Part shown: positions 59,359 to 64,000 of the stretch, in pieces | Numbering within the stretch: the first letter of the stretch is position 1 | How the letters are laid out: every line of letters begins with the position of its first letter | The notes under the pieces: generated by a model | Told to the model about the DNA's origin: nothing | Seen by the model: the letters and a program-made list of their open reading frames with translations, nothing else | The model's database searches: none | Position numbers and translations under genes: made by a program | Source: Calditrichia bacterium | GTDB taxonomy: Bacteria > Calditrichota > Calditrichia > RBG-13-44-9 > J075 | Direction of reading: 5' to 3' | Assembly: GCA_050633245.1 (NCBI GenBank) | Contig: JBOEGD010000026.1 | Coordinates: 1 to 64,000, forward strand | Length of the DNA: 64,000 nucleotides

Positions 59359-60186
59359 ATGAAGAAACCATTTGTTGCTACTGTGCGCGTTCAACAAAAC
59401 TCCGAAGCGTCGGCATACTTTTTTGCTTTTCGTGGAAATCAACTGCTTATCCGGATGGAAAATGAACAAGTTGATATACCTCAACTATCGTCAACTATGA
59501 TGTTAGACATGCGATTTCTGCGCAAACAGAATATTGGTTATTACGACGGCGTGCCATGTTTCTCACTTGAACTGCATTTGGATACAGAAGCACCCCCCGG
59601 CATGACTTTTCAAACATTGCGGGAGCTTTTTTTTCGCGTGGATGAAGACCTACTGCAAATTGCCGGGCGAGCGTATCAAATTGTGAACTGGGATCGCGAT
59701 CATCAGTTTTGTGGTCGTTGCGGCAGTCGGATGGTGACCAGCGAAAAAGATCATAGCAAAGCATGTCCGAACTGTAAGCTTGTAAATTTTCCACGAATTG
59801 CCCCGGCAGTTATTATGAGCATAACACGAGGTGATGAAATTCTACTGGCTCGTAGCCCGCGTTTTCTTCCCGGGCGCTATAGCGTGCTGGCAGGGTTCGT
59901 TGAGCCAGGTGAAACGCTTGAGGAAACCGTAGCCCGCGAAACCTTTGAGGAGACGGGAGTTCATATCAAAAATATTCAGTATTTTGGCAGCCAGCCCTGG
60001 CCATTTCCAAATTCACTGATGATTGGTTTTACCGCTGAATATGATTATGGAGACATCGTAGTAGATGGCGAAGAGATTGAAGATGCCGGATGGTATACAC
60101 GTGATACGCTCCCGGGACTACCATCAGCCTACAGTATTTCCCGCAGTTTAATTGACAATTTCCTAAGCCGGAGAGAACATTCATGA
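59359..60186 (+). CDS. nudC: NAD(H) diphosphatase / NAD-cap decapping enzyme
   Basis: Zn ribbon, Nudix box GFVEPGETLEE..RE..EE, SQPWPFP.S. Confidence 0.95.
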   Translation: MKKPFVATVRVQQNSEASAYFFAFRGNQLLIRMENEQVDIPQLSSTMMLDMRFLRKQNIGYYDGVPCFSLELHLDTEAPPGMTFQTLRELFFRVDEDLLQIAGRAYQIVNWDRDHQFCGRCGSRMVTSEKDHSKACPNCKLVNFPRIAPAVIMSITRGDEILLARSPRFLPGRYSVLAGFVEPGETLEETVARETFEETGVHIKNIQYFGSQPWPFPNSLMIGFTAEYDYGDIVVDGEEIEDAGWYTRDTLPGLPSAYSISRSLIDNFLSRREHS

Positions 60187-61271
60187 CAGAACGAATTCCG
60201 CCATTTTTACCATCCGAACTTGTTGTTAAGCCGGTTGAAGAAGCGGATACAATCCCGTCTTCCTGGTACACCGACCCGGCATTTCATGACTGGGATCAGC
60301 AGACGCTTTTTGCTCACAATTGGCAATGTGTCGGACATGTCGCACGCGTTGCCAATGAGGGCGAGTATTTTGCTACAGACATTGGCGGTAATCCTGTTTT
60401 GGTAGTGCGTGATAAAGACGGTATACTCAGAGCATTTTATAATGTGTGTCGCCATCGAGGTGGGCCATTGGTTACCGATGAAAGTGGCTGCGTGAATGCA
60501 CTCCAGTGTAAATACCACGGTTGGACGTACTGGCTGGATGGCATGCTTCGCGGTGTGCCAGAGTTCGATCGCGTAAAGCTATTTGATAAGAAAGATTTTG
60601 GCCTTACACCTGTTCCCATCAAGGTATGGCAGGGACTCATCTTTTTGCGCTTGGAAGATGGTGAGAACCACCTCGATAAAACCCTTACGGAAATCGAGCA
60701 GCGAATCGCTCCACTGGACCTTACCGAACTTCAGTTTCACTCCCAGACAGTCTATGATATTGATTGCAATTGGAAGGTGTATATCGACAATTACTTAGAG
60801 GGATATCATATTCCACATGTGCACCCTGAACTGAATAAACTTCTGGACTATCGTGAATATGCCACCGAAACGTTTCCCTTTCATTCACTTCAATACAGCC
60901 CTTTCAAAAAGGGGGAAAACATCTATGGCAGCGATGGTGGTGAGGCTTATTACTATTTTATCTTCCCAAACATCATGTTGAACATTCTTCCCGGAAGACT
61001 GCAAACGAACTTGATTCTGCCGTTGGAGCAGCAGCGTTGCCGCGTCATTTTCGACTATTATTATGCTGATCTGCATTCATCTGAGGCAAAAAAGCTCATT
61101 CGCGAAGACATCGAGTACAGCGATGTGATACAACAGGAGGATATCGACATCTGCCTTCGCGTGCAGTGTGGTTTAAATTCTCGCGCCTACGATAAAGGTC
61201 GTTTTTCCGTCACGCGCGAGTCAGGCGTTTACCATTTCCAGAGCTTATTGAAGAAGATGTATCGAAGATAA
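60183..61271 (+). CDS. Rieske non-heme iron oxygenase alpha subunit (choline monooxygenase-like)
   Basis: CRH...CKYH Rieske site; NWK..DNYLEGYH..H; ED. Confidence 0.92.
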   Translation: MTERIPPFLPSELVVKPVEEADTIPSSWYTDPAFHDWDQQTLFAHNWQCVGHVARVANEGEYFATDIGGNPVLVVRDKDGILRAFYNVCRHRGGPLVTDESGCVNALQCKYHGWTYWLDGMLRGVPEFDRVKLFDKKDFGLTPVPIKVWQGLIFLRLEDGENHLDKTLTEIEQRIAPLDLTELQFHSQTVYDIDCNWKVYIDNYLEGYHIPHVHPELNKLLDYREYATETFPFHSLQYSPFKKGENIYGSDGGEAYYYFIFPNIMLNILPGRLQTNLILPLEQQRCRVIFDYYYADLHSSEAKKLIREDIEYSDVIQQEDIDICLRVQCGLNSRAYDKGRFSVTRESGVYHFQSLLKKMYRR

Positions 61272-61386
61272 AAGTGGGAAGCTCTTTACGCAGCAGAGCC
61301 CCGGAAAGAGAATGCACAGTCCGGAGCTTTGCGAGGGTTGGCATTGCAGAACGGCTGCTAAAAACGCCAAACGTAGGGCGAGGAAT

Positions 61387-61779
61387 TTATTTTGCTGCTG
61401 CCACAGCTTCTACCTCAATAAGCCAATGCGGGGAAACTAATCCCGACACAAAAAGCGTTGTTATAGCCGGACGAACACCGTCCAATATTTCTTTGCGAAC
61501 GTCTACAAGTGTTGCCATGTCTTTCGGCCGCGTGAGGTAAAAAGTCATCTTAATAATGTCGCTTAGCTGCATATCGGCACTTTGCAATACTGCTTCGACA
61601 TTGCGTAATGCCTGCTCACACTGCCCGCGAAAATCTTCCGGTAAATGGCCTTTCGGCGATTCACCCACCTGCCCGGAAATGTGTAGCATTCTAACATCAG
61701 CTGCTGTCTCTACTCCATAGGAAAAAATGCCGTGGTATGGATCTCTTACTGGTTGAGGATCATGTCTTTTTGATATCAT
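61387..61779 (-). CDS. RidA/YjgF family protein
   Basis: ISGQVG, RPA.T, IEVEA.A. Confidence 0.92.
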   Translation of the reverse strand: MISKRHDPQPVRDPYHGIFSYGVETAADVRMLHISGQVGESPKGHLPEDFRGQCEQALRNVEAVLQSADMQLSDIIKMTFYLTRPKDMATLVDVRKEILDGVRPAITTLFVSGLVSPHWLIEVEAVAAAK

Positions 61780-61831
61780 ATTTTTTCCTTTTAGATCTAG
61801 ACTTTATTAAGGCGTAAAGCTTTACTCTATG

Positions 61832-61851
61832 AGACGCGAGGCATCGCGTCT
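61832..61851. repeat. GTAG-type REP palindrome copy
   Basis: agacgcga-ggca-tcgcgtct. Confidence 0.75.
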
Positions 61852-61871
61852 TTACTATGATGACAAAGCCC

Positions 61872-63173
61872 TTAAGATAGTTTTAGTTCGTAGTGTACGG
61901 GAGCCTCATCCGGTTCAGCCAATAGCTTCATGCAGGTGTCGTAAAAGCGAGTCCGGTTGATGTCGCTTCCGGTATATCGCTGTAGTGCTTCCAAATTCTC
62001 CCATAGTGTTAAGAGGAAAAAGTGTGTGTTTTCACCTTCCGGCCGTTGAAAGACAAATACTCCGCGGTTGCCCTTTACTGCCTTGTAGCCGGGGACGCCG
62101 GTTGATTGTAGGAACTTATAGTATTCTTCCGCCTGCTCATTTGCCACCACGCCATGCCAGGTGCGTGCAATAAACCCTTCCGTATTATCCAGGGCAAACT
62201 CCGGGTATTTTGCTGTTGGAATATGCCCTACTTCCTGACCGGCATCTTCGCGTAGCTGCGAGATTGAAATCAATAGAACTGCTATTAGGATTGCAACTGC
62301 ACCAACAAGCATTGGTTGCGTAAGCAGTTCGCCGCGAAAGCTCCAACCGAGAATGACTGCCACCAGTGGATTAAAGAAAGCATACGTTCCAACCTTCGCG
62401 GGTGTGCTGACGGAGAGCAACCAAACATAAGCTACGTAGCCAAGCAGCGTTCCAAAGGTAATCAGATAAACCAACGCGGCAATAGAGCTGCCGGTAAGAG
62501 TTGCCGTCGAAAACTCGTTCCACTCGCCACTATAGCCACCCATTGCAAACAACATCACCGCTGAGCTTAACATACTCATGCTGATTGTCATGAGAATTGG
62601 CAGTTCGTTTTTTACATACTTTGAATAAAGAGAGCCTACCGCCCAGCTAAGCGTGCCGAATAGCAGAACCAGAATTCCCGCTTGCTTTGTCCCGGCAGAT
62701 TCACCGCTAAACAGAGGCTGAAAATCCGCACCAGTCAGCAAGCCAACGCCAATAACACCTAATGCCATTCCAGCGACTAGTCCGAATGAAGGGCGCTGTT
62801 TCTGGTAGATGCAGCTAATTAAAACCATCCAAACCGGTACCATTGCACAAATAAGTGCTGCCATACCCGATGAGATATACTGCTCGGACCAAATGAGGCT
62901 TCCGTTTCCGAAGAAAAGCAATAATGCTCCAACGATAGTAGCATAACGCCAGTCGGACCAGGAAGGTCGCGCATCATACTTAAACCAGGCCCAGATAAAG
63001 AGTGCCAGTCCTGCGACACCAAACCGCAATCCACCCATCAAAAAGGGAGGGATCGAATCGATTGCATAGCGAATTGCCAAAAAAGTGGAGCCCCATACCA
63101 CGTAAACGACTGCGAATGCCCCAAGCACCTTTAGCGAAGTGCTGCTGAATTTTTGCTGAATCATTGCTATCAT
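61872..63173 (-). CDS. EamA/DMT (YedA-like) exporter fused to a C-terminal ABM/dimeric alpha-beta barrel domain
   Basis: VYVVWGSTF, two EamA halves, NPLVAV; then IARTWHG...KGNRG...LTLWE. Confidence 0.85.
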   Translation of the reverse strand: MIAMIQQKFSSTSLKVLGAFAVVYVVWGSTFLAIRYAIDSIPPFLMGGLRFGVAGLALFIWAWFKYDARPSWSDWRYATIVGALLLFFGNGSLIWSEQYISSGMAALICAMVPVWMVLISCIYQKQRPSFGLVAGMALGVIGVGLLTGADFQPLFSGESAGTKQAGILVLLFGTLSWAVGSLYSKYVKNELPILMTISMSMLSSAVMLFAMGGYSGEWNEFSTATLTGSSIAALVYLITFGTLLGYVAYVWLLSVSTPAKVGTYAFFNPLVAVILGWSFRGELLTQPMLVGAVAILIAVLLISISQLREDAGQEVGHIPTAKYPEFALDNTEGFIARTWHGVVANEQAEEYYKFLQSTGVPGYKAVKGNRGVFVFQRPEGENTHFFLLTLWENLEALQRYTGSDINRTRFYDTCMKLLAEPDEAPVHYELKLS

Positions 63174-63631
63174 TGTGAGTCCCTTTCCAAAGGTAAGATT
63201 GACGTCTCTTTGATGGTTTCCAAAACGATGATGCTGCGAGAGGATGCCTGTGGGTTAATAGCGCGCATCTTTGTGCGCATGAAGTTTGCCAAATCCTGTG
63301 GATTGGCGACCCGTACTTTTAGCAGATAACAATCCTCTCCTGCTACGTGGTGTACTTCCAATACCTCCGGAAGCTCAGCCAATTTTTGGGTAGACTCGTC
63401 GTGCCATAATTCGCCGTTGACGCGAACGAATACAAAAGCCAGAAAGTTCAGATTTAAGGACGATGGATTAACCTGGGCATGAAAGCCGGTAATATGACCC
63501 TGTTCTTCCAATTTACGGATGCGCTCGAGAATGGCTGACGGAACCATATCGAGCTTGCGACCGATCTCTGAATTGCTAATGCGGCCATTTTCCTGAAGTA
63601 ATTTGAGTATCTGTAAATCGATCTGATCCAT
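63170..63631 (-). CDS. Lrp/AsnC transcriptional regulator
   Basis: MDQID..IL..LQ.NGR, ERIRKLE..G.I.G, H.VAGE.CY.LKV. Confidence 0.95.
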   Translation of the reverse strand: MDQIDLQILKLLQENGRISNSEIGRKLDMVPSAILERIRKLEEQGHITGFHAQVNPSSLNLNFLAFVFVRVNGELWHDESTQKLAELPEVLEVHHVAGEDCYLLKVRVANPQDLANFMRTKMRAINPQASSRSIIVLETIKETSILPLERDSQ

Positions 63632-63831
63632 CTGAACTCCTGATAAATTGTGGTTAACTTGAGATAAATAAAAACAATAAATCATGTCTTGTCAAGAAAA
63701 AATGATAATTTATCAAATAAGTGTTGTCTTTTTGATGTTTTGTCTTTGGTTCATGTCTTTTGCCGACAAATTACCAGAAAACTAATTTATTTCTTCTGCG
63801 TAAAAGATTTAGAACCTGTCCCGGGAGAGAC

Positions 63832-64000
63832 ATGCTAAAAGACTACTCTAATCTGATGTTATTTCTAACCGCTTTTCAAAGCGGTCTTTTTGCACTGTTT
63901 TTATTGGCGTTACGAAGTAAGAAAAAAAGCGACAACCGAATACTGGGAATATATTTGTTGACGCTATTTTTTCAGTTAATGCATGCCTTGGCAGCCCGCT
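63832..64000 (+). CDS. Partial membrane protein, possibly the N-terminus of a membrane-anchored AraC-type regulator; runs off the window
   Basis: GGGAGA SD; open frame MLKDYSNLMLFLTAFQSGLFALFLLALRSKKKSDNRILGIYLL... Confidence 0.55.
   Translation, partial: MLKDYSNLMLFLTAFQSGLFALFLLALRSKKKSDNRILGIYLLTLFFQLMHALAAR

Overview
Gene-dense bacterial chromosomal window using the standard code: TGA is an ordinary stop in many genes. A C-terminal NYPNPFNP/FlgD-type sorting domain, many lipoproteins and strong SD use tentatively suggest an FCB-group lineage such as Calditrichota/KSB1; this is inference only. No rRNA, tRNA, CRISPR array or transposase was seen. Main content: (i) a compact sugar-phosphate-type bacterial microcompartment operon (RpiB-encapsulation peptide-Cys-rich-DeoC fusion, acylating aldehyde dehydrogenase, BMC-H, 2 BMC-T, 3 BMC-P; 4840-10333); (ii) a 15.6-kb run of co-oriented small enzyme genes including fhs; (iii) two unannotated paralog-like micro-ORFs (MDG... 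single-TM peptides); (iv) a surface-glycan modification cluster interrupted by a butanediol-dehydrogenase homolog that has lost its catalytic-Zn Cys and is translationally coupled to an orphan cytoplasmic histidine kinase; (v) a dinJ-yafQ pair with a frameshifted toxin; (vi) an M14 carboxypeptidase lipoprotein whose prodomain-like module appears to be a separate lipoprotein gene, next to two tandem-repeat lipoproteins; (vii) ECF sigma/anti-sigma, DPP IV and aceK; (viii) an exported DUF3179-like protein with an in-frame UGA and a SECIS-like hairpin (probable selenoprotein, split in the ORF track); (ix) nudC, a Rieske oxygenase and an Lrp / EamA-ABM fusion / RidA unit. Intergenic DNA carries several REP-like palindrome families and 7-8-nt tandem repeats. 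Family assignments come from motif recognition by eye, not database searches.
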